A stretch of DNA of 64,000 nt from Eledone cirrhosa. Its lineage: Eukaryota. The position numbers and the translations under genes were made by a program. Positions 28,166 through 39,254 of this stretch are shown piece after piece (positions within the stretch are counted from its first letter, which is position 1; each line of letters opens with the position of its first letter). The stretch is from NCBI GenBank assembly GCA_964016885.1, contig OZ024743.1, forward strand, positions 22,010,001 through 22,074,000, given 5' to 3'. Below the pieces are notes generated by a model. It was not told the origin of the DNA. It did no database searches and saw only the letters and a list, made by a program, of their open reading frames with translations.

Positions 28166-28696
28166 TTTTACATTGAAGCAAATGTTTTCATCTTCTGTAG
28201 AGAGCGACAAAGTTTTCCATACTCTTCCCCACCTTTTGAACTCTGGGGTGTGGGGGGAGATCTTTTTTTTGTAGTGTACCTTGACAAGAGTTTAAAATAT
28301 GTAGTGGAAGTTGGTGGTGGTGGTAGGGTGGTGTTGTCGGCGGTGTTTGTTTATTTTGAATCTATCTATCTGTCTGTCTATTTACCAATCAGTCTACCTA
28401 TCTATCTATCTATCTATCTATCTATATACTACTAAAACTCTGTGATTGTGTGCTTGCCTGTAATGTAATACAGTCAAAACGGCGCATAATGGGAAAATAC
28501 CTTGAAAGGAAGTTGCCCCTGAAATGAGAATACAAATAAGTTTCGCGTAAATCGGAGACGGGTCCCGAAATACGGGTTTTTTCCGGGTACCTTCATAAAT
28601 AGAGAGAGAGAGGGAAAGATAGCGAGAAAGAGATAGTGGTTATGAGAGAGTAGATTGAAAGAGAGACATATATATATATATAAATGAAAAGTATAG

Positions 28697-28750
<54 letters not shown>

Positions 28751-28836
28751 AAAGTTATATTTAAATTGTTGGGTTAACAACGAGTAAATATTTATAACTG
28801 ATATAAAAGCACTCAACAAGTATTTGGAGTATATTT

Positions 28837-29242
28837 ATGATATTAAATAAATGGAAACTATATTTATAAAACCATATTTATTTCGTTATATATATTTCAG
28901 GGATATCATATTAACAATATGTTATGCCATCTTCAGACAAAATACAATATAAACAGTCTTATAAATAAATAGATACGACATACCTTTCAATCACCTTGCA
29001 TTTGTGAGGTTGATTTGGCAGTAAAAAATATTGTGGACAGTTGTAAAAAGAAAGAGATAAAGAGAGAAAGAAAGAGAAACGAAGAAAAAGAAGAAATGTA
29101 TGTGACTAAATAGAGGAATATAGAAAGATAGATAAAGAGAAGAACTTCATGTAAAGAAACAGAGAGAAATATATAGAGAGAGAGGAAAAAAGAAAGAGAT
29201 AGATAGAGATAGATAGAGAAATTAGGAAGTTGAGTATCGGTT
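28837..29242 (-). repeat. Inverted 5' pseudo-LTR of PLE 1
   Basis: Reverse complement of 32548-32953; I spotted only two mismatches by eye. Confidence 0.95.
28879..28944 (-). ncRNA. Minimal type I hammerhead ribozyme in the inverted pLTR
   Basis: Reverse complement of 32846-32911. Confidence 0.8.
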
Positions 29243-29338
29243 ATAAATATTTACTCGTTGTTAACCCAACAATTTAAATATAACTTTCCATGTATCTTGC
29301 TCCAATACTGTTGAGCGCTTTATACTATAACTGAAAAA

Positions 29339-31552
29339 ATGGAATTCTTTAAGATTACTTCCTCTTTAAAAGACATACCTCTACCTAGAAACAAAGACTT
29401 TATAAAACAATTAATAGATAAATCTGACTCTTTTATAAGGAGAATCAGGTGGCGAGCATTCCACTTTGATAAATCTAATATAAATGAAAATGTCTCGGAC
29501 TTAAACAAAGTTTTCAAATCCAAAAGAAATCCACCCCCCAACAAACTTTTATCTGACTTTGAAAACGATATAATTTCTATCATACAAGGAGTCAAATTTA
29601 AGAGAAACTTCAAAGGCCAGGAATATCTGAAAGGCATTAGGGATAATATTGTGAACTTGGAGAAAACTGAGAAGATCTTGGTAAAATCTGACAAGACCAA
29701 CAACCTCTATGGAGTGCAGAAAGACATGTATAATGGCCTCATACTAAAAGAACTGAGGAAAAAGTACAAGGTAGCAGATAAGGCCGAGCTAGAGAAATTG
29801 AATGTTGAGGCATCTTGTATAATGCACGAGTTGGAAATCGAGAACAGAACACAACCTTTCGTGCCCAGGAAACCGAAGATCAATATGAAAGATCATAAGA
29901 GAAATTTCGAGAATGACTTGCCAGTCAGATTGATTGCACCATCAAAATCGGACCTGGGTAAACTAAGCAAAAACATTCTTGACAGGGTGATACAGCAAAT
30001 TAAAAACTTGAGTTGTTTACCTAACCTGAGCTTGTGGAAGGGAACTGGTGAGGTTGTTGAGTGGTTTAAGCAAATTAAATATAACAATAATAATAAGTTT
30101 ATTCAACTTGATATTGCTAACTATTATTCTTCCATTACCCCTAATCTACTAAATAAGGCACTAAATTACGCATTCAAACATACAGACCTAACTAGCAATG
30201 AAATGCACATTATATTATCGGCTAGGAAAACATTGATAGAATTTAATGACCAACTATGGACCCGAGCAGATAGAGATAACAATTTTGACATTACTATGGG
30301 ATCATCCGACTCAGCTCAGGTAACTGACCTTGTGGGCTTATTTTTAATCAATTCGCTGCATAGGAAAACACCTGGTACTACCGGAGGTTTATATAGAGAT
30401 GACATGCTTTTACTTATTGATAATAATAACTCTGAACTAAATAGAAAAAGAAAACAAATTACACAATTTTTTAATCACTTTAATCTAAAAATAGAAATTG
30501 AGAATAACCATAGAATAGTCAACTTCCTAGATATAACATTAAATCTCAACACATGTCTTCACTATCCATTTCACAAGTTGAATGAAAACTTAAACTATGT
30601 CAGCTTTAACTCTAACCACCCCAAATCTGTTAAAAATACTATAGTAAACTCTGTTCAATCACGTATCTCTAGAATCTCATCTAATAAAAAGATTTTCGAC
30701 GAAAAAGCCCATTATTACAATGAAGCGTTAGCTAGAGCAGGATATAGTGATAAAATTATGTACATAGATAATGATAAACAAATTAAACAAAATAACAACT
30801 ATTTTAATTATGGCCACAACCTTAACAACTATAATAGAAAGCATTACAATAATTCCAAAAGCCATAAAAGAAATAGAACTAGGAATATAATATGGTTTGC
30901 CCCCCCTTTCTCACTAAACATTAAAACCCACATTGCTAAACTATTTTTTAAAGCTCTCGATAATCGCTTCCCTAGAACACATAGGTATCACTCAATTTTC
31001 AATAGACATACTATAAAACTAACCTACTCATCCACCAAAAATTTAGCGCAAAATATTAATAGAATAAATAACAGGAACTTAAAACCTAGCGATAATACCA
31101 TAAATAATATCCAAGTTAACAAATGTAACTGTAGAGATAGATCTAAATGTCCGTTAAATAACAACTGCTTAGTTAAAAATATAATATACAACTGTAATGT
31201 TAAAACGGACATTAATTCTTTTAACTACGTTGGTTCTACATCGACGGAATTTAAACTTCGCTATAACAACCACAGGAATTCTTTCACAGATCCATCCAAA
31301 AAATCTTCAACAGCACTATCAGGCGTACTCTGGCAACTTAGGCATGATAACGTTAGATATTCGACGACTTGGAATATAGTTTCAAGGGGGATTCCTTTTA
31401 ATTCATCCTCTGAGACATGTGACCTCTGTGCGGAGGAGATATTCTTTATACTAAAATCTAAAAATTCCCTTAATCTACGGACAAATTTATTCAGTTGCTG
31501 CAGACATAGATTGAACTCAACGTTTAAATATAAATTTAAATTTAAAATGTAG
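29339..31552 (+). CDS. PLE reverse transcriptase + GIY-YIG endonuclease (737 aa)
   Basis: KSDKT (DKG-equivalent), QLDIANYY, ITMGS, YRDD, NFLDITL; linker CNCRDRSKCPLNNNC; NIIY...YVGST; C-terminal CDLC...CRH. Confidence 0.95.
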   Translation: MEFFKITSSLKDIPLPRNKDFIKQLIDKSDSFIRRIRWRAFHFDKSNINENVSDLNKVFKSKRNPPPNKLLSDFENDIISIIQGVKFKRNFKGQEYLKGIRDNIVNLEKTEKILVKSDKTNNLYGVQKDMYNGLILKELRKKYKVADKAELEKLNVEASCIMHELEIENRTQPFVPRKPKINMKDHKRNFENDLPVRLIAPSKSDLGKLSKNILDRVIQQIKNLSCLPNLSLWKGTGEVVEWFKQIKYNNNNKFIQLDIANYYSSITPNLLNKALNYAFKHTDLTSNEMHIILSARKTLIEFNDQLWTRADRDNNFDITMGSSDSAQVTDLVGLFLINSLHRKTPGTTGGLYRDDMLLLIDNNNSELNRKRKQITQFFNHFNLKIEIENNHRIVNFLDITLNLNTCLHYPFHKLNENLNYVSFNSNHPKSVKNTIVNSVQSRISRISSNKKIFDEKAHYYNEALARAGYSDKIMYIDNDKQIKQNNNYFNYGHNLNNYNRKHYNNSKSHKRNRTRNIIWFAPPFSLNIKTHIAKLFFKALDNRFPRTHRYHSIFNRHTIKLTYSSTKNLAQNINRINNRNLKPSDNTINNIQVNKCNCRDRSKCPLNNNCLVKNIIYNCNVKTDINSFNYVGSTSTEFKLRYNNHRNSFTDPSKKSSTALSGVLWQLRHDNVRYSTTWNIVSRGIPFNSSSETCDLCAEEIFFILKSKNSLNLRTNLFSCCRHRLNSTFKYKFKFKM

Positions 31553-32547
31553 TTATGTTTGTTTTGATTTGATTTGTAATTATTTATGAAACTAGCCGAT
31601 AAATCTTTCGATTTCTTCTTTTTATTAAAACATTCTTTTTATTAAAACATTCTTCATGAATAATTAAACTACCCTAATAGCTGATGCTCCAAATATATCG
31701 AATTAAATTTTAAACTAGATAAACTTCTATATTATATATAAGAACATATGTAGACCAAATGGGTATCCTAAACTTTTGGAATGATTTCTGCTAGACAGGA
31801 TTTGGTAAACAATTTTTGTTTTATCTGTTTCGACTCTGATGCTTATGATGATCTTGGCAATATATTGTCAATTAACCTTGAAAGGCTGATCTCTGTGTTT
31901 TATTTGTATTATTTTTTAATATTTTTTAATATTTTGTAATATTTTTATTTTTAATATTAAATGTTTTAGTTTTCTGTTTATTTATTTATTTTCTTGTCTC
32001 TGATATTTTTATTTTTATTTTTATTTTTATTTATATTTATTTTTATTAATATATTTAAATCTGTTCTCTATTTCTGCTTGATCGAAAATCATGTAGAATA
32101 AAGACAAGAATAGTATTGTTAAAATTAATATAGACTCTATTTATATGTGTATATATACGCACATATATGTATACTTGAATTTTTATAGCACAATGAGAAT
32201 GTTTTCGTGTGAATTGGGAGTTTGTTTATAATTATGATATAAACATATGAATTTTTAAAAACTAGACATAAGATCATTACTTCTCACACATTATAGATAC
32301 ATGCCTCATTCATGAATACTGGTACTTACATTATAGTGCCTGTTTTATACGAACTAATATTTTCTACGGATAAAACATAGCGGTTTTAAATTCTGCATCG
32401 TTTATGTCTGGTTATGTTTCATTTTCTCTTTTTCATTTTCTCTTTTTTCTCTCTATATAACGGCTATTTTCTCTCTTAACTACATACATCTCTCTTTACA
32501 TTAATACTAGAGCTAAATATATAAATAAATAAATAAATAAATATATC

Positions 32548-32948
32548 AACCGATACTCAACTTCCTAATTTCTCTATCTATCTCTATCTATCTCTTTCTT
32601 TTTTCCTCTCTCTATATATATTTCTCTCTGTTTCTTTACATGAAGTTCTTCTCTTTATCTATCTTTCTATATCCCTCTATTTAGTCACATACATTTCTTC
32701 TTTTTCTTCGTTTCTCTTTCTTTCTCTCTTTATCTCTTTCTTTTTACAACTGTCCACAATATTTTTTACTGCCAAATCAACCTCACAAATGCAAGGTAAT
32801 TGAAAGGTATGTCGTATCTATTTATTTATAAGACTGTTTATATTGTATTTTGTCTGAAGATGGCATAACATATTGTTAATATGATATCCCTGAAATATAT
32901 ATAACGAAATAAATATGGTTTTATAAATATAGTTTCCATTTATTTAAT

Positions 32949-32953
<5 letters not shown>
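32548..32953 (+). repeat. 3' pseudo-LTR of PLE 1
   Basis: Matches 28837-29242 inverted; ends at (TA)n. Confidence 0.95.
32846..32911 (+). ncRNA. Minimal type I hammerhead ribozyme; predicted cleavage after 32903
   Basis: Stem I UAUUUUGU/ACGAAAUA, CUGAAGA, stem II with a CAUAUU/AAUAUG hairpin, GAAA, palindromic stem III AUAUAUAU, AUA site. Confidence 0.8.
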
Positions 32954-33032
<79 letters not shown>

Positions 33033-34276
33033 GAGAGAGAGAGAGCGAGACAGAAGGAAAATGGAAGCGAGCGCTGGTGGTGAAATTGAATGAAATATAT
33101 ATATATATACACACACACATATATATGTACACACACATACACACACATACACACACCCGCATATATATATATATATATGGGTCTTCCAATTTCATTTTAC
33201 ATTATATATATGTCTGTGTATATTTTAATTATTCAAAAATTACTTTTAAGTAAACATTATTTTTTTTAATATTTTTAAGTGAACGTGACCCAACGGGTCA
33301 TGAGTGGTCTAGTAGTAAATAAACTTGACCCAAAAATCCGCTAGATTTTAGTTTAACCATGAACATTTTGGATATTTCCATCATGCTAAATGCATTTATT
33401 TTATTATTGATTTCATCGACGTATTCGTTATCCACAACATTATCTTTTAAGCCATATCTGTGCAAAGTTTCGATTTTAAAATATGAATTATGAAGAAAGT
33501 TCAGGATTATCTTATTTAAATAATATCCAATATCCCCAACTTAGTCAACGTTGTCACAATAACATCTGTTGATGTCTTATTAATGATGTGTTGATGAACC
33601 GGCTGGTTGTTGCTTGTTTCTTTCAGATAACTAACAAATAAGTCGTCACTTCGTTGACAGATATATTTGCCATTCAGCGATCTTGGACTATTGTTTGATT
33701 ATGGCGATCTGCTGCCAGGACTGACGCCAATTCTATAGACCTGTTCTCTGAAGGTTGCAATAACCATGCATGGGGCAGACATACACACACTAATATATTT
33801 TCTCGATAAATATAATTCCACCCTCTCTCCACGATTATTCTATCTCAAGTTGACCACTCACATACACTCGGATGTACACATACATATAAACACGCACTAA
33901 GCCAGATATCTACATACACAACCATTTCCTAATCATATAAAAAATTAACACTTATATAAAGAGAATTTACAATTGGATAAACAATGTATTACTGTTTTAA
34001 GACCTGGATTCAGTCATGTGAATTCTTTCATGACCAGTTCACGCTTCAAGTGTAAAGGAGTAACTATCGAGATTTTCGTGATTAAAAACGTAAAGTTTTC
34101 ATCAATTTATTCATTCCAATGCTTTAAAATTTAATTTTAAATATATCAAATTATTTTAAAATAAGTTACGTAAAAATGTAAATTCGTACCTACTTTTTTG
34201 TTTTTGTTAGAATAAAGCTTCGATTCATTAAACAAATTATATCCTTCTAACATTTTTCACATTTTCATTCACTCAC

Positions 34277-35990
34277 ATGATGGCAAAAGAGCCAATTAGC
34301 TCACTTTTCTCACTACTTTCCCCGATCGTTTGCAACGGAAGAGAGAAACCGAAGCTTGAACTGAAAACCCAAACCAAAGTGGGTAGCAAGGAATATTATC
34401 GTTATTTTGATTCCAAGTATTACAAACTGTATATGACGGTTTGTCCCATTCTGAACAAATTGTTCTGTTCCCTATGTCTGTCATTTTTTTTCAACTTAAG
34501 AACACATGGCTGTTGGGATTTGAACAATTTGATTACATCTTTGACAAGACAGAAAAAATCTCAGAACCAACTGAGTTGCGTAATTGCTCTGAAAACCTTT
34601 GGCCGACAACGACTTGATACAGAGATTGATCATTGGAAAGTAGCTTTGATTTAGTCGCATACTAGATCAGTTGAAACAAATTGTGATATATTGAAAAGGT
34701 TAATTCATTCTGTTGAGATTTTGGCTTGTCAAGTATTACTATTTTGAAGACATGATGAAAGAGAAGAATCAAATAATAAGGGTAATTTTCTGGCTATATG
34801 TGAAGCAGTAGTGGAATACAATGATTGTTTAAGATCACATTTAGATAATGTGAAGAAAAATGATAACTGCACATTTTCTGGACTTTCAAGTGATATTCAA
34901 AGCAAGATCATTAATTGTATAGCTGCTACAATTGATGTGAAATTAAGGTAATGATCGAAAAAGCATCATTTGTTGCTGTTATGTTTGATGAGAATACGGA
35001 TCTTTGAATGGAAACTCGATTGTCACGCTTTTTGCAATTTGTTGATGAGTACCAAAAACCCCAAGAAAGGTTTTGGGGATACGTCGATATTAGTACAGAT
35101 AGAAGCGCTGCATCGCTGACAGAAGAAGTTCGAAAATTTGTTAATGAATTCAATTCCCACAAAGGGGATTTTTCGTGCGAACGTCATATTTGTATATTGT
35201 TATGGGCATTCACTTAATTTGGTATTTTCTTAATCAGCTTCAAGTATTCGTGAATGTCTAATTTTCTTCCAAACTTTAAAAGGAATTTCAACTTTTTACT
35301 TAAAGTCAACGGCTCGAATAGTTCTATTGGATGAAATCGTTGGAAGACGATTTCCAAAATTACCTGAGACACGGAATTATTCATCTTGACGGGTATCTAT
35401 TTTATGCGATAAAGTGTGGTCAGCATCAGAATCAGAAGCTGTTTTAAGAACTTTGTTTAACAACATTTTGGATGGATTTATTGTCCACGTTGAGCAAAGA
35501 TTTAAAAGAATCGGAGAGTTCAGATTTTTGTTATTGTTGAATCCAACGTTTTGTCACGTTTACGAAAGAAAATTTCCGATGGAAGCGTTTTCATCTTTGG
35601 GTGTCTATTTAAACATTGGATTTCGATGGATTGAAATCAGCATATGCTGAACATTTTGTAAAGCAAGCAGCCAGGAAGTTGCAGGCATAATACGGGAACT
35701 TGAATTAATTCTGACCATAACTGCCATATCTGCTTCATATGAGAGACTGTTTTCGTCATTAAAGAAAGTAAATAATTAAATGAGGTGTTCTCAAAGTGAA
35801 GAGAGATTGAGCAATATGGGCTTCATTTCCAGAAATAAAGTCCTTTTGAAGAAGATGAAGGCAGGGCGTGGTGCTGATACATTTTATAGCAAAGTGATCA
35901 TGGATTTGCCAAAAAGAAATGAAAAATTGAACTGATTTACAGATGAATTTTAAAGGCTCCACAGCCCCATTATTTCCCATGACGATTGGA
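34277..35990 (+). pseudogene. Decayed hAT (ZMYM1-like) transposase
   Basis: GHDEREESNNKGNFL, SSDIQSKII, FVAVMFDENTD, QERFWGYVD, and dimerisation motif TAISASYERLFSSL...EERLSNM; many stops. Confidence 0.8.
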
Positions 35991-36145
35991 CTGCACAAAC
36001 AATGGACATGTCCCCTCTTCAGTTGTCTGCTGGAGCCGAGACCCTCAGCGAATAACTGGAGAGGGGACCTGTCCCTTGTTTGTGCTTTCCTTTTATTTCT
36101 AAATACACTTTATCAAGTAACCACACAGCCCTTGTTTCTTCTAAA

Positions 36146-36206
<61 letters not shown>

Positions 36207-36651
36207 AATAATTATGCATATATACATTGCTGATGTATATCAGTAAAAGATATACACGATTGTGAACAACAAATGAACTGGTATGTTCTGACAAAATAAT
36301 ACCTTGATTTTTATGTATTTATTCTAAGTTGAAAAGACACTCCCTAGTCACATACTACTGTAGGAAATTCAGTGAACCAGTGATTGCTTAATAGGAAACC
36401 AGCAATTATTCACAAAATGTGTGATATAAAATATATAAATAAAACCTCACAAAAACAAATTCAAGCAGAAGAAATCTCTTAGTGAGTAAACTTTGAAACA
36501 AAATTTGTATGCTGGGTGTAACTATTTTACTTATATAACTTTTGGAGGATAAATCTTTATCTAGGGAAAGGCATGAACATCATACACTCTTGTTTCCTTT
36601 TTCTAATAGATCAAACAAATTGTGTCTGTAAGAAATCACTCAATATATATA

Positions 36652-38130
36652 TTATCATCATCATCATCATTTTACGTCTGCTTTTCCCTGCTTGCAAGGG
36701 TGGGACGGGTCTTATTCAGCACAGCATCTCTCCACTTGTCACGGTCCTTCGTCATCTCCACCGTGAGCTTCAGCGATCTGAGGTCTGTTCTCAACACCTC
36801 CGCCCATGTTTTTCGTGGTCTACCTCTACCACGTCTTCCTTCAACTGGCATTTCCTGGCACTTCTTCATCCATCGGTCATCCTCCATGCGCATCACATGT
36901 CCATACCACCTCAGTCTCCTCTCTCGCACCCTGCATTCTATCCCTCTAAGACACAGTTTCTCTCTCAACACATTCATGCTGGGTCGTTCACGCACATTGA
37001 CACTGCACATACAATGGAGCATGCTTGCCTCATTTCTCTCCAGCCGTTGCATATCCTCTGCAGTTGCTGCTCATGTCTCACTACCATGCAGCATCGCACT
37101 CCTCACACAGGCATCATATAACCGGCCTTTCGTACGCAGGGAGAAACTCTTCTTCGTCAGCAGAGGAAGCAGCTCCCTAAACGTCTTCCAACCTGTCCTT
37201 ATTCTAGATACTATGGCCTCGGAACACCCCCCTCCCATGCTAATCTGATCTCCTAGGCTATCCACCACTTCTATAGCACCCGCCTGCATTTGAAAAATGT
37301 GTCTATCAATGCGACTTCTACTGTCTAATTTCCCTGTACATCTACTGCATATGTACTTCTCCCTACCTGTTAGTTTGCCTGCTATCCCACTACATCTCTT
37401 GTGTACCTAGGATCTGCATTGTGTGCATTTTATAGAATTTATGCCAGTTCCTTTTCTGCATATCGAACATGGCCATTTCCCTGAAGGGATCAGAGTTTTG
37501 TCCTCTTTTCTACTCATCAACACTTTTGTCTTAGCTAGGTTCACTGCTTGCAACTGCAGTTTCCATAGCCAGAATTTATTCTCTAGCTCCTCTACTGATT
37601 CTGCTATAAGAACCAGATCATCAGCACAGAGAAGTTCCCATGGACAGCCAGTCATAAACTCCTCTGTTATGGCTTGGAGGACTTTAATGAACAAGAGCGG
37701 GCTGAGGACTGAACCTTGATGTACTCCTACTTGTATCTGGAATTCCTCACTAAACTCCATTCCTACCCTGACTTTACTGAGAGTACCTCTGTACAAAGTT
37801 TGCACTGTCCTCACAAGCCATTCCTCAACACCTTGTTTCCTTAGGGACCACCAGATGACAGATTGGGGTACTCTATCAAAGGCCTTCTCTAGGTCAACAA
37901 AGGCTAAGTATAGTGGCTTATTTTTCTCTAAGAACCTCTCTTGCAATTGTCTCACCAAGAAGAGTGCATCTGTTATACTCTTCCCAAGCACAAAACCAAA
38001 CTGTATCTCATCTAGTTTGACCCTTTCTCTAATTAGTTGTGCTAATATCCTTTCTGCCACTTTCATAACCTGATCCATGAGTTTTATACCCCTATAATTG
38101 CTCCTCTCCAGAGCATCCCTTTACCTTTGT
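36652..38130 (-). mobile_element. Decayed RTE LINE (RT to 3' end, (GAT)n tail)
   Basis: ORFs 38078-37407, 37289-37071 and 37052-36672: QFGF, FVDLEKAFDRV, GVHQGSVLSPLLF, ADDL, LHGSET, RRLRWYGHV. Confidence 0.92.
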
Positions 38131-38363
38131 AGCAAACTTGCTAGAAGGCAGCACTTGCCTCTCCACCCTGATTTTTCCCTTCATGTTTTAAACTTGAAAA
38201 AGTTAATCAGGGATTCGCCGAAGAGGAAAGTGTCTGTCTTTAACCCTTTCAACCTTGTCCACCACACAATCTCTTTCGCCATGGCCACCAGGCAGATGAA
38301 AACTGCCTGCCCTTCCTCCTCGAAGGAAGACGGTGAGACCATCTGCACAATGGACTCAGTCGA
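38128..38363 (-). mobile_element. Probable Tx1/L1 ORF2 C-terminal fragment fused to the RTE
   Basis: Reads QAVFICLVAMAKEIVWWTRLKGL...LINFFKFK, similar to the AK..IW..R motif at L1/Tx1 ORF2 C-termini. Confidence 0.55.
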
Positions 38364-38662
38364 TAATAATTGTTTCTACTTTAGGCACAAGGCCAGCAAT
38401 TACCCAGTACATTACAGGTACTTTATTTTATCAATCCCGTAAGGATGAAAGGCAAAGTTGACCTCGGCGGGATTTGAACTCAGAATGGAAAGGGCCGTAA
38501 TTCTATGCGTCAAAGCATGGCGTCTGACCCTCTACCGATACTGCCAATCCACAATAATAATTGTTTCTACTTTAGGCACAAGGCCAGCAATTACCCAGTG
38601 TGTTACTGGTACTTTATTTTATTGACCACGTAAGGATGAAAGGCAAAGTTAACCTTGGCAGG
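38364..38662 (-). mobile_element. Two tandem SINE family A copies (38364-38552 near full length; 38554-38662 truncated)
   Basis: Core and tail repeated, separated and followed by (AAT)n. Confidence 0.85.
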
Positions 38663-38695
<33 letters not shown>

Positions 38696-38758
38696 GTGAT
38701 AATGACAATAATAATTAGGGAACAAAGAATCAGTGTTGCATCATATACATATTTAATA

Positions 38759-38849
38759 ACATATTACATATGTTTCACTGCAGATCAGCTTGAGGAATGA
38801 TTGATTATGTTCATTCCTGACTCAGGAATTGAAAGCTCCTCAGATATGT
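38759..38849 (-). ncRNA. Hammerhead ribozyme motif with a 60-nt stem II
   Basis: ACAUAU-CUGAGGA-[60 nt]-GAAA-CAUAUG-UA-AUAUGU; perfect 6-bp stem I, palindromic ACAUAUGU. Confidence 0.75.
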
Positions 38850-38980
38850 GTTCTTACATGTAGACTCCCATCCAAATGTTGCTGAATTAGTAGACACCCG
38901 ATTTACTATTTTGGATTGCCACAAACATTGTTAGAAGAATTTGTATGCTGGGTGTAACTATTTTACTTATATAACTTTAT

Positions 38981-39025
<45 letters not shown>

Positions 39026-39254
39026 AAGTCAATGAACTCGATGTGAGCCTACTTCTGGTGGTTAAAACAGACATGTCCATTTATAACAACCGACCACCTT
39101 ATATACAGTTCTACGTTCGACGGAAATAAATGGTTTGCAATTTCCTTTCCTGTTTTATTCAAATTTCTCCCTCTGACACCTATTGTAAAGACAAGATGAA
39201 GTTTCTATTGATATAAGTCCACCGAACCTGTAATTCTCTACTGACACTCACACT

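Larger units (their letters stand above)
28747..32953 (+). mobile_element. Penelope-like element 1 (probably Hydra clade), apparently intact, inserted in (TA)n
   Basis: Single ORF; 406-bp pLTR at 32548-32953 and an inverted copy at 28837-29242; (TA)n on both flanks. Confidence 0.95.
28421..33312 (+). mobile_element. Non-autonomous Helitron split by the PLE insertion
   Basis: A|TCTATATACTACTAAAA 5' end; 3' hairpin TGACCC-AAC-GGGTCA (33286-33300) then CTAG|T; A/T target site. Confidence 0.7.

Noticed and set aside
29320-29703. Antisense ORFs over the PLE and RTE ORFs
   Set aside because: Shadow frames of the real coding strand.
31553-32547. SECIS/selenoprotein recoding, reported for some PLEs
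   Set aside because: The ORF has no in-frame TGA, ends at TAG, and I saw no SECIS-like hairpin.
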